This document shows positions 9,099-18,251 of a DNA stretch of 44,331 nt, in pieces. The stretch is from a bacterium (lineage in GTDB: Bacteria; Zhuqueibacterota; Zhuqueibacteria; Oceanimicrobiales; Oceanimicrobiaceae). Position 1 is the first letter of the stretch. Every line of letters begins with the position of its first letter. The notes under the pieces were generated by a model. That model searched no databases and was not told the origin of the DNA. It saw only the letters and a list, made by a program, of their open reading frames with translations. The stretch lies in NCBI GenBank assembly GCA_046757025.1, contig JBHHXN010000024.1, positions 1-44,331 of the forward strand, given 5' to 3'. Both the position numbers and the translations under genes were made by a program.

Positions 9099-10982
9099 AT
9101 GTATGGCCTAAGAAAAAAAAACCGATTCAAAATTGATTTTGCGATTTATTTGATGTTCGCGTGGTGGTTGTTGAATTTAGCGGCTTGCCGGCCATTTCCA
9201 GACGTCGACTGCATCGTCGTCCATTCATTTCAATTGCCCCAAACACAAAAAGCGTCTGATTTGTTCGAGCCTGAGATGTTGGAATACCTGATCGCGCAAA
9301 ATCTCGTCCAATCCAGTAACGAGGTGGTGCTGACGGGAAAGGAGTTCAAGCGTCTCAATCAAAATGTGGAATCCGTTAAAATGCAGATTCAGGGGACGGT
9401 AACTGCCGAAGATGCCGGCTATAAAATCACTTTGAAACTGTTGCAGCCCGATGAAGAAGCGGTGATTATCACGCATGATTTTGCTCATTCGTCGATGCTG
9501 CTAACTGATTCGGCAGACCGAATAATCCGCAGCATACTCGAAGAATTAGGGGTAGCCGCAAAGAAAAAGTCGGTTTTTACACGCAACTGGCAGGCCTTCA
9601 AACATTTTTTTGCCGGGGAAACGGCCAGGGAGAAATTGAACTCGAAATCCGCTCGCCAACAATTTCAGCAAGCCGTGGAGCTGGATCCCGGCTTTGTTTT
9701 GGCTAAATTATACTTAGCTGAGGCGCTAATCCAGGATGGCCGTGCGGATGAGGCTGAAGGAATCGTTCAATCCACGCATCCATTTTTAAGTGCGCTGAGT
9801 CGGCAAGATTCGTTAACAGCGGAATTGCTCTCTGCCCGAATCGCTGGAGATACGAAGAAAGAAATCGACATAGCGCAAAAAATTTACCGCCAAAATCCAA
9901 ACCGCAAACGTTTCGCCTTTTTGTTAGCAGAAGTTTATTTCGAACGCTGCGATATCAAAAACGCCTTGAAATATTGCAAAAAAGCGCTGCAATTGGATCG
10001 GTATTTTGCAAGGGCACACAACCAGCTCGGCTACTGTTACAGCCACCTCGGTAAACACAACCAGGCTCTGCACCATTTTCGAACCCATGTTCAGCTCGAT
10101 TCCACGGCCAGGGCGTTCAGCGGGCTCGCAGACGGGTACCTCACGGCAGGTTTGTTGGACAGCGCTGCCTGGGCGATAGAGCAAGGTCTAAGGCTTGAAC
10201 CAGGTGGCGCTTATTTGTACGGCTCGCTTTGCCTAATTCAAATCGAACAGGGAAAAATTGCCCAGGCCCAGGAGAGTGCTGAAAATTATTTGCGATATGC
10301 CTCCGATTCGTTGGAAAACGCCAAAGGCTATTTTTATCTGGCATTGGTCAAATATTTCCAGCGGGATTATGTTTCCGCACTGAACTTTTGTATGAAATCC
10401 AAAAACTGGTTTGACGGACGAGACCTGATTACCCGGAATCATGATGCGCATTGGCTGATGGGCGTGATTTATGCTCAAACCGGCGTGTATGCACGCGCTC
10501 AAAAAGAGCTAACCGACATGGAAGCCATCATCCAATCAAACAAAATAAATGCAGATAATTACCGCAAGGTAATTTATAAATATATGCTGCATTTAAAAGC
10601 ATGCCTCGCTGCGAAACTTGGTCAAATTGGTCCGGTTTTGAAAATCATAAAAAAATTTGATGGGGCAATTAAGATGAAAATCAAAGATCATGATTCGCCA
10701 TTTGATCTGGCTTTCTTCAATACATCGTTCGGTAAGATGTTTATGGAGTTTAAAATCAATCGGTTGGATTTAGCGGAGGCCCGCTTTAAAAAAGCGCTGG
10801 AATATAATTCTAATTACGTCTGGGCGCATTACCATTTGTGGAAATTGTACCGCAAAGCTCATACGCCTGAAAAAGCACGTCAAGCCCTGAATAAACTGCA
10901 GGATCTCTGGCATGGCGCGGAGGCGGATTTCAAAAAAATTTACGACGTACCCGATACTCCATCTGAAATGACAAAAAAGTGA
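9099..10982 (+). CDS. TPR-repeat protein, probable lipoprotein (alternative start at 9153)
   Basis: Hydrophobic stretch ending LAAC; multiple TPRs (QAVELDPGFVLAKLYLA, AHNQLGYCYSHLG) resembling those of 2239..4821. Confidence 0.8.
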   Translation: MYGLRKKNRFKIDFAIYLMFAWWLLNLAACRPFPDVDCIVVHSFQLPQTQKASDLFEPEMLEYLIAQNLVQSSNEVVLTGKEFKRLNQNVESVKMQIQGTVTAEDAGYKITLKLLQPDEEAVIITHDFAHSSMLLTDSADRIIRSILEELGVAAKKKSVFTRNWQAFKHFFAGETAREKLNSKSARQQFQQAVELDPGFVLAKLYLAEALIQDGRADEAEGIVQSTHPFLSALSRQDSLTAELLSARIAGDTKKEIDIAQKIYRQNPNRKRFAFLLAEVYFERCDIKNALKYCKKALQLDRYFARAHNQLGYCYSHLGKHNQALHHFRTHVQLDSTARAFSGLADGYLTAGLLDSAAWAIEQGLRLEPGGAYLYGSLCLIQIEQGKIAQAQESAENYLRYASDSLENAKGYFYLALVKYFQRDYVSALNFCMKSKNWFDGRDLITRNHDAHWLMGVIYAQTGVYARAQKELTDMEAIIQSNKINADNYRKVIYKYMLHLKACLAAKLGQIGPVLKIIKKFDGAIKMKIKDHDSPFDLAFFNTSFGKMFMEFKINRLDLAEARFKKALEYNSNYVWAHYHLWKLYRKAHTPEKARQALNKLQDLWHGAEADFKKIYDVPDTPSEMTKK

Positions 10983-11064
10983 GCCGATCTTCTTCGTATT
11001 TTTGTCGCAATTTATTGAGTCAAAATTCCACGATGCAAAAGTACTTTATGGAATGGAGTTGTTC

Positions 11065-11328
11065 ATGAGTTTAACTGAGAATGCCGAAGCCCTGGCGCTA
11101 AAATATGTTCACTCATAGCAGGAGCCTGTTGATTTTCTGAAAATGCGCTCGTGTCTGATCGGCGACTTGACGTTTGACAGTGGTCTGCAACGCATTGAAA
11201 GTACAGATTCTTTCATGGCTATGATTCGGGAAACGGAAATACCCCGAGAAAACGACATGTTATTAGCTTGCATTTTTAAAGATGATACGGCCGCGTTACA
11301 GACTTATTGTGCAAAACTAAATGGTTGA
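11065..11328 (+). pseudogene. SnoaL/NTF2-like protein remnant with an in-frame TAG
   Basis: GGAG RBS and ATG at 11065 read MSLTENAEALALKYVHS*QEPVDFLKMRSCLIGDLTFDSG..., in frame with ORF 11143..11328; resembles a SnoaL N-terminus but is short. Confidence 0.55.
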
Positions 11329-11332
11329 ACCG

Positions 11333-12004
11333 ATGAAAATTGAATATTTGAAGCCCTTGATCGCGGCTTTTGAAGCCCAGGCCAATCCCGCGAAAGCGGT
11401 AGACATGAAAAAGTACATGAAAGATCAGTTCGAATTTTATGGGATTCAAAAACCCGAGCGACAGAAAATAACCCAGGCGTTTTTTGAAAAATACGGTTTG
11501 CCAGAGACCGCTCAATTAGAAAAAATTGTGCGGGAGCTCTGGGAGCTTCCACAGCGTGAATATCAATATTTTTGCCAAGGGATGCTGGAGAAGCTCAAGA
11601 AACAGATGACTGTGTCGGAATTGAAGCTGCACGAGTACATGATTGTCACAAAATCCTGGTGGGATACGGTGGATTTGACCGCTGTCAAATTGGTAGGTTG
11701 GTATTTCCAGAAATTTCCTGCAGCCGTGGCTGAAAAAGCGCATGAATGGATCGAGTCGGATAATTTCTGGCTGCAAAGGACGGCGTTGCTTTTTCAGTTG
11801 CAATACAAAGACAAAACCGATTTGGAACTGTTGTTTTCACTCATCAAACGGCGGGCTGATTCAAAGGAATTTTTTATTAGAAAAGCCATTGGCTGGGTGT
11901 TGCGGGAATATTCGAAAACCGATCCCGAAGCGGTAAAGAACTTTGTCGGTGAAAATGAGCTTTCTCCTTTGAGTAAAAGAGAAGCCTTGCGATTGATAAA
12001 GTAA
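11333..12004 (+). CDS. alkD: DNA alkylation repair protein (HEAT-repeat glycosylase)
   Basis: YMKDQFEFYGIQKP, REYQY, KSWWDTVD and EFFIRKAIGWVLREYSKT motifs. Confidence 0.9.
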   Translation: MKIEYLKPLIAAFEAQANPAKAVDMKKYMKDQFEFYGIQKPERQKITQAFFEKYGLPETAQLEKIVRELWELPQREYQYFCQGMLEKLKKQMTVSELKLHEYMIVTKSWWDTVDLTAVKLVGWYFQKFPAAVAEKAHEWIESDNFWLQRTALLFQLQYKDKTDLELLFSLIKRRADSKEFFIRKAIGWVLREYSKTDPEAVKNFVGENELSPLSKREALRLIK

Positions 12005-12090
12005 GCGTTTAATAAAAATGATATGCGACGCAAAAAATATTGCGCCGCATACCTGAAACAGAGTCAAATTCAATACTTATTTGCTCAAAC

Positions 12091-12819
12091 TCAATGCACC
12101 AAAAATCTTTTTTCCGGCTCATTCTGAATGGAGCTGGGCATTTTCATTTTTTTCGCAAACGCGAATTCGCCCGCATCTTCTACATACATTTTCATGCGGT
12201 ACATTTCATTTATGATTCGTACTTTGGCGCCGTCATTTTCCTGAGCCACCACCATTTCAATAGGGTAAGCTCCCGCATGAGCCATACCGGGAAAAGGAAG
12301 TTTTACGGTTCATGTCGCTTCCGGCTTTGACGATTTTGAACAATTTTCTTTCCACAGCCGGACTGGACGCGCCCACGATGGCGATCTTTTCATCTTTGAA
12401 CAGCTCGTGCTGCAAATGGTACTCCGCTCCGATTCCTCCCACCACACTCAAACCAAAACCCCACGACCACTTGCTGTCGGGCCTGGGATCCACGTAACCC
12501 GAAAACGGCATGGGGTAGTATTTTTGATTGGCGGTTGTGAGATCGTTTGCAGGATTTTGAAATTGTACCTCTGGAATCATAACGCCCAGTCTGATTTCCA
12601 ACGCTTTTCGTTGCATAAAAGCCAGTCCGGCCAGATTGGCTAACAGCACGGCGCCGTTATCTGGAATTCCTAACATCGTTCCCCCGCGCGCAAAGGAATT
12701 TGCACAGAAGCAGTTTAAAAGGTAGTCATTGGTGCTGGCCTGGTTGGTTACTAAAAAGCCTTCCTAAACATGAATATAAGGGTCATCAAAACGAGTGTTA
12801 AAACTAAAAGCTATTTCAT
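12091..12819 (-). pseudogene. degraded FadL/TodX-type outer-membrane transporter N-terminus, apparently fused by deletion to the 3' end of another gene
   Basis: GGAGG RBS then ATG AAA TAG at 12819; signal-peptide-like remnant; FadL-like NDYLLNCFCANSFARGGTMLGIPDN...NLAGLAF...WGFGLSVVGGIGAEY; abrupt switch to an unrelated, frameshifted C-terminus (HAGAYPIEMVV...YRMKMYVEDAG). Confidence 0.65.
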
Positions 12820-12841
12820 TATTGCCTCCAATAAGGTCAAG

Positions 12842-13330
12842 TTAAGTGAAAATGATTTCGCCGCCGGCAGAAATTTCGTATAACTTGCCCACGTTGATGA
12901 TATCTTTTACCTGGTCGCAGAAATCGTCTTTTGCAAGGTGAAACATTTCCACCGTGGCTTTGCAGGCGTAAAGGTTTCCGCCCGCGTCGTCGATCATTTC
13001 GATAAATTCACCCACCGGTGGGATATCCAGTTTTTCCATCTCTTTTGACATTTTAGAAGTGGCAAAAGCCGACATCCCCGGAATAATTCCTAACAGAGAT
13101 GGAATGTGCATGGCCGGGTTGCCAACGGTGGCGACTTTTAGTTTATTCATACGCTTTTTAATGATGGCATCCAGCCCAAAAAATGTAAAAAAAAGATTCG
13201 CCTCGATGCCTTCCATCCTGGCCCCGTTGGCCATGATCAATCCCGGATAAACCCCTTCCAGGGAGCCTTGGGACACCACGATGGAGACTTTTTTGATCTT
13301 TTCTGAATTGGTTGAATTGTTTGATGGCAT
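12842..13330 (-). CDS. DsrE/DsrF/DrsH-like (DsrE2-type) sulfurtransferase
   Basis: ANLFFTFFGLD, LYACKAT and GGEIIFT patterns; sulfur-relay gene context. Confidence 0.88.
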   Translation of the reverse strand: MPSNNSTNSEKIKKVSIVVSQGSLEGVYPGLIMANGARMEGIEANLFFTFFGLDAIIKKRMNKLKVATVGNPAMHIPSLLGIIPGMSAFATSKMSKEMEKLDIPPVGEFIEMIDDAGGNLYACKATVEMFHLAKDDFCDQVKDIINVGKLYEISAGGEIIFT

Positions 13331-13389
13331 ATTTTTATCTCCCGATTGTCAATAATTACTCATAAGTTAAAGTGAATCCATTCGATGAT

Positions 13390-13707
13390 TTAGACACAAC
13401 CCTGTGGTTTTCCCAAACCCGCAATTTTAGCCGCTTTTTTGGCCGGTCCTTCGGGAAAGAGCCGGTACAAATCTTTGGTCGGAACGCCGCCAGCGTTTTT
13501 GATGCGCCGGATGGTCGGAATCTGACCTTTTTCTTTGAAATCCTGGCGCATGAAACGAATCACTTTCCAGTGCCCGTCGGTCAACTCGTTGATGCCGACT
13601 TCTTTGGCTAATTCAATTGCCAGCTCTTCGGTCCAGTCATCCGGATTGACTAAAAATCCTTCTGCATCGACTTCTACTGTTTTAGGGGTCATGGTTGTTG
13701 TGGTCAT
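13390..13707 (-). CDS. tusE: TusE/DsrC/DsvC family sulfur relay protein (single C-terminal Cys)
   Basis: VDAEGFL, HWKVIRFMR and LFPEGPAKKAAKIAGLGKPQGCV; only the penultimate Cys is present, so TusE-like rather than true DsrC. Confidence 0.88.
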   Translation of the reverse strand: MTTTTMTPKTVEVDAEGFLVNPDDWTEELAIELAKEVGINELTDGHWKVIRFMRQDFKEKGQIPTIRRIKNAGGVPTKDLYRLFPEGPAKKAAKIAGLGKPQGCV

Positions 13708-13724
13708 AACATTTTTCTCCTTCG

Positions 13725-14423
13725 TTAATTATTAATTGGATTTTTATTTAAGGCCGCTCCGTTTGGATTGGCCATGCTTTTTACAAATTCCAACATGAAC
13801 ACTAATCCCCGTTTCACCTCTGGCTTTCTCAGCTCTTTGAAAATCTCTTGGTAGGTGACATCCTGTTCTACCACAATGTCCATTTTTCTAAAACAGCCGA
13901 GCGCGTTGTTCACGGTACCCAGCATCTCGGGTTGGGTCATGTTTTTCACGGTGAGTAAAATAGACGTGATATTTTCGCGCAGCAAACGCACATCTTCCAC
14001 GCTAAATGACGTGACGATGACGTCGAGGATTTTTGCCGCCTCCCGCATAAAGTCAAAATACCCTCTGCGGTCCAGCTCGTCGAGATTCGCGAGCACTTGC
14101 TGGAAGGCGTTTTTCATGGGTACGCGGGCGTCGTTAAAAAAGTCTGCCGTGCTTTCAACCTGGTCCAGCATCTTGGTCAGATTGCGGGTGTTGCGCAGCA
14201 GCTTTTTGAGCAGGAAGAGTAAGTCATTGGTGTCGAAGTAGGGGGCGACTTCTTCTAATTCCTGAACCGCCGATTGGAAGACATCCTTGCCGATACGGAT
14301 GAGATCATCTTTCAATTCCTGAATCTCTCTTTGTTTGCGCTGCTGTTCGCGCATTTGTTCGGTGATGAAGTTTAGCTTTTCGTGAATATCTGCCAGCTCT
14401 TTTTCAAGGTTTTTCGTTTCCAT
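13725..14423 (-). CDS. DUF1641 domain protein
   Basis: Helical protein with C-terminal ELRKPEVKRGLVFML, located directly downstream of SQR. Confidence 0.75.
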   Translation of the reverse strand: METKNLEKELADIHEKLNFITEQMREQQRKQREIQELKDDLIRIGKDVFQSAVQELEEVAPYFDTNDLLFLLKKLLRNTRNLTKMLDQVESTADFFNDARVPMKNAFQQVLANLDELDRRGYFDFMREAAKILDVIVTSFSVEDVRLLRENITSILLTVKNMTQPEMLGTVNNALGCFRKMDIVVEQDVTYQEIFKELRKPEVKRGLVFMLEFVKSMANPNGAALNKNPINN

Positions 14424-14426
14424 ATT

Positions 14427-15658
14427 TCAGCTCCCCTTTTTTCCGGCCATGAGCATTTGCGCTTCGATAGGCAGCTCGCTTCCTTTCAGCAGGAGATTCC
14501 AGTACACCCAGCGAAACATCATCTTGCCCCAGTGGTTCATTTTGGTTTCCTGCAAAAGCGAGAAGGGACCGACTCCTGGCAAAGGAAACTTGCCGGGCAG
14601 CGGTTCCACTTCATAATTGAAATCGATAAGCACCCCTTTGCCAAAACCGGACTCGATGAAGCAATTGGCATGGCCGTCAAATTTGGGCTGCAGCTCACGG
14701 CCGTCGATGGCGCGAAGAATGTTTTCAAAAAGGACTTCTGCTTCGAAATGCGCCACGGAGCCGGCTTTGGAGCTGGGCAAATCTGTGGCGTCGCCGATCA
14801 CAAAGACATTTTGGTAGTTTTTCGATTGCAGGGTACCGGGGTGGGTCGGTATAAAATTCAGGTCGTCGCCCATGCCGGAGCGAGCGATAACCTCCGCTCC
14901 CATGTTGGTGGGGATGGTGACCAGCAAATCATACGACACCTCTTTTTCATCCCAGGATACGATTTTGTTATTGGAGCTATCTACTTTCCCCACACTAAAC
15001 GCGGGATGAGCTTGATGTTTTTCTTTTCCAGGAATTGCCCTAAAAATTTCGAAGCGATGGGTTTGGTAAACGCTCCGGGCAGCGGCGTCACATATTCGAT
15101 CTCTACTTTGTCGCGAATACCTTGTTCCGTGAACCACCAGTCGGCCAGAAACACAAATTCCAGCGGCGCCACCGGACACTTGATAGGCATCTCAACAATG
15201 TTCACCACCATCTTGCCGCCTTTCCAGTATTTTAAATAATTAGCAAGCGCTAGGGCACCATCTACGGTATAAAAATCGAAGATGTTTTGTCGCCAGGCGC
15301 CGTTCTTTAACCCTTCGGTTTCTTCCGGGTGAATTTGGCTGCCGGTGGCGACGATCAAATAATCGTAACTCAATATTTTGCCGTTTTGGAGCTTCACCTG
15401 GTTATTTACCGGTGTGATTTCTTCGATAGGTGAAATGATGACTTCAACACCGGCTGGAAAAAAATCGCGGCGAGGTTTAATCACGTCTTCTTTTGTGTAA
15501 ATGCCGAACGGGATAAACAAAAAACCGGGCTGATAATAGTGGGTTTCATGTTCATCGACAATGGTAATCTGCCAGTCATTTCCGTTCAGGGCTGACGCTA
15601 ATTTGTTGACCATGATGGTACCGGCGGTACCTCCGCCAAGAACAAGTAATTTTTTCAT
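14427..15658 (-). pseudogene. sqr: sulfide:quinone oxidoreductase-like flavoprotein (type III-like), split by a 1-nt frameshift near 15000
   Basis: N-half GGGTAG...YYQPG...IKCPVAPLE; C-half VIGDAT...SKAGSVAH...HANCFIESG. The span is 1232 nt (one short of a multiple of 3) and the junction reads ATC CCG CG TTT AGT GTG. Confidence 0.85.
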
Positions 15659-15754
15659 AGATTTCCTCTTTTTTATGATTCTTGATAAATTCTCTAGCTG
15701 CTCTCTTTGTATTCCTAAATTCGATTTTCATTTTCAAGTAATTTGTAATTAATT

Positions 15755-16210
15755 TCACTTTCTAATTGTTTGCCTTGTTTTGAATTGATAAAGCAATACT
15801 TTCAATTGATCGCATTGGATGGCGTTTTGATAAACAGTGCATTCGCGACAAATGTCTTCCTGACAATTGCCGTGTAATTCGGTTTTTATCATCCAGCATG
15901 GTTTGATGGAGCTTAAATACGCCGGACACTCCTTCCGGTCTTCCTCCGTGCAGGGTTTCAATTCCCAACAAGGCATCAAAGACAACAATCTGCGAATGCC
16001 TTCGATGTTTAATCGTTGTTCTTTGATGAGTCGTCGAATACAATTCACCTAATGTACATCCATTTCATTGAACAGTCTTTGGCCGGTTTTTGTCTTTTCC
16101 GGAATCAGAAGACCCGACCGTTCGTACATGCGAATGGTTTCAACGGCGATGTTCAAATTTCTGGCGACCTCGCCAATCTTCAACCATTTTTTTTCAGATT
16201 TATCGTTCAC
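15755..16210 (-). pseudogene. MerR-family regulator with a Cys-rich (two-CW) C-terminal domain, interrupted by an in-frame TAG at 16049-16051
   Basis: GTG at 16210 reads ...KIGEVARNLNIAVETIRMYERSGLLIP...GQRLFNEMDVH*VNCIRRLI, in frame with ORF 15755..16048. Confidence 0.85.
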
Positions 16211-16273
16211 AGTGTAGCCCCTTTACCTAAATTTACTGCATTTTAAAAAACTGTATTTTGAAATACAGCCTTA

Positions 16274-16288
16274 TCAAAGCTGGTGCCA
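16274..16288 (-). promoter_or_regulatory. sigma54 (-24/-12)-like promoter of the sulfur operon
   Basis: Minus strand reads TGGCAC-CAGCT-TTGA about 65 nt upstream of the MerR start (consensus TGGCAC-N5-TTGC, one mismatch). Confidence 0.6.
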
Positions 16289-16434
16289 TTTTTAAATACT
16301 CGGTATAAGCCTTTAATTTGTTGTAATTTAGTCTTGTATGAGTAATTTTTGTTTAGAAAGAAATTTCTTAAAATTGAGTAAAAATTAAAAATATCTTCTT
16401 AATATTGCGAACAAATGCCGTGAAAAAGCCTATT

Positions 16435-16531
16435 TAGTGTCCATCCGAATTCGTCATTCCCGACGGACCAATGGATTCCCGCTTAAAAATTGCGGGAATG
16501 AAAAAAAAAGGCTCTTTACGGATGGACACTA
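16435..16531. mobile_element. MITE-like element, family A copy 2 (inverted, internally shorter)
   Basis: TIRs TAGTGTCCATCCG / CGGATGGACACTA; the reverse complement aligns with 2114-2237. Confidence 0.8.
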
Positions 16532-16644
16532 TTTATTAAAGAAAATGATAAATTTTAAGAAGAATCTCAGCCTTTTCGCAGACGCGGCTGCGAAAAGAGA
16601 GCAAACGCAGCCATGAAAATAGAAATTCTGATTCCTTCTAATCG

Positions 16645-16730
16645 CAGATTCGGATGGCGGATTCCGAAATTTAAGCGTAAACTGTTAAAATACACATTCC
16701 ACAATCCACAATTTGAGATTCTCAAATCGG
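16645..16730. repeat. degenerate heptamer tracts arranged as an inverted repeat
   Basis: GCAGATTCGGATGGCGGATT ... ATTCCACAATCCACAATTTGAGATTCTCAAATC, a (AATCCGC)n-like pattern. Confidence 0.4.
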
Positions 16731-16906
16731 TTTTGATGTGCGCTTTCTGATGCATCAACGTATCGACAAAATTTTGCCGACGTCCGGCGCGAAAAGAGGC
16801 TCATAATTTTAGGGTGATTTGTCCTTTGTGAAAGGTTGGAACGGTAAAAGGATCACACAACATGGAGATTTTTAGCTTTAAAAGAAAAACTTAACTGAGA
16901 AAATAC

Positions 16907-16935
16907 TTGTTATTGATTCGATAATTTGTTACATT
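16907..16935 (+). promoter_or_regulatory. possible sigma70 promoter of rpsU
   Basis: TTGTTA-N17-TACATT. Confidence 0.35.
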
Positions 16936-17124
16936 GCTTTTTGAAAAATATTGATGTTTTTGAAACATCGTGTTTTGACCAATTAAAAGAATATAAATTT
17001 TTTGGACTTAATTAATGAACTGGGATAATATGAACCAAGTAAAAGCTATGACTTTTCAATTCATGTTAGAATTATTTCAACAGGAAAACTTAAGTTTGGT
17101 TGTCCCCGGTCGAGGAAATAATGT

Positions 17125-17313
17125 ATGATAGTTGTGAATTTAAAAAAAGGCGAATCAATTGACCGGGCACTGCGCAGATTCAAACAACAATGCCAGCGAG
17201 CGGGTATTTTGAAAGATTTCAAGAAATCGAGCTACTATTTAAAGCCAAGCGAAAAAAAGAAAATTGCCAAAAATTACGCTAAAAGACGGTACAAAAAAGC
17301 GTTGTTACAATAA
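17125..17313 (+). CDS. rpsU: 30S ribosomal protein S21
   Basis: GESIDRALRRFK...YYLKPSEKKK; GAGG RBS. Confidence 0.95.
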   Translation: MIVVNLKKGESIDRALRRFKQQCQRAGILKDFKKSSYYLKPSEKKKIAKNYAKRRYKKALLQ

Positions 17314-17837
17314 CCGCTAAATTAAAAAATTCCAGGTTAAAACGGGTTTACTAAAAGTGAGATTTTTGGAATTGCTGCACGGTATGATTTAATATTAAAA
17401 TTGTGTTCAAGAAAACGAGCCGCTTGAAACATCCGTTTCATTCACAAAGAGAATTTCTTTTGTCTTGAAATGGTATTGACATATAGACCGACATACTTTC
17501 CATGAAAATAATTCAGGTCTAAGTTCTGCTTTCCCCCCCCACCTTAATTAATTATCCTTGCGCATTCAATTATTTTGTAATTTTCAAACCATCTCTTATC
17601 ACACCTGACAAAATGCTCGGGACTTTATCTGTTGAATAATCTATGTGTTCAATTTATCACTCATTAACAGGAATAATCGTATTGTCAGAAAAATCGACTA
17701 AGGTAAAGCAACCGAAAAAACCGCTTTTCATCGGGTTGTTCGTTTGTTTATCAGAAAAAATGAAGGCTTGATTTGGAATTTGGTTTTTAGATTGGTTGAC
17801 TCTTAGCGTCTGGAATGGTAGTGAATTTGAAAAGGAA

Positions 17838-18251
17838 TTAAGAAGGTAATTCGCAGCGTGACCAGTAAAGTTTAATGGCCTGGGTGACCTCCAAAAATTG
17901 TGAATAGTCGGCGGGTTTGACGATGAACCCGGCGGCGCTTTGGTTAAAGCTTTCCACTCGGTCCTGGTCTTCTTTTGAAGTCGTCAGGACGATTACAGGA
18001 ATTTTTCTGAATTCATCGTCTTGTTTTAATTTTTTTAATAAATCAATGCCGTTCATGCGCGGCATTTTTATATCTGTGATGATCAGGCAGGGTTTCTCGG
18101 TTTTGCGGTTGTTCAACAAGCTGAGCGTTTCTTCACCGTTTTTTGTGACGATCAATTTGTTGTTGATATTGGTCTCCTTAAATGCGCGTTGAATTATCAT
18201 GGCATCGATGCGGTCGTCTTCCACTAAAAGAATCGGTTTGCGATTTTTCAT
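17838..18251 (-). CDS. single-domain response regulator (Rcp1-like)
   Basis: ILLVEDD, DIKMPRMNG, IPVIVLTTS and FIVKP motifs. Confidence 0.92.
   Translation of the reverse strand: MKNRKPILLVEDDRIDAMIIQRAFKETNINNKLIVTKNGEETLSLLNNRKTEKPCLIITDIKMPRMNGIDLLKKLKQDDEFRKIPVIVLTTSKEDQDRVESFNQSAAGFIVKPADYSQFLEVTQAIKLYWSRCELPS

Noticed and set aside
13390..13707. DsrC indicating dissimilatory sulfite reduction or oxidation
   Set aside because: Only one C-terminal Cys and no dsrAB/dsrMK in the window.
14981..15020. Programmed ribosomal frameshift in sqr
   Set aside because: No slippery heptamer or homopolymer at the junction; neighbouring genes are also damaged.
14382..15239. 285-aa plus-strand ORF, and similar long antisense ORFs such as 38810..39385 and 28523..29029
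   Set aside because: They are shadows of well-supported genes on the opposite strand and have no motifs.
11065..16210. Genome-wide TAG recoding suggested by several in-frame TAG codons
   Set aside because: TAG ends apparently complete genes here (20750, 26278, 28365), and the affected region also has a frameshift and a deletion, so pseudogenisation explains it.
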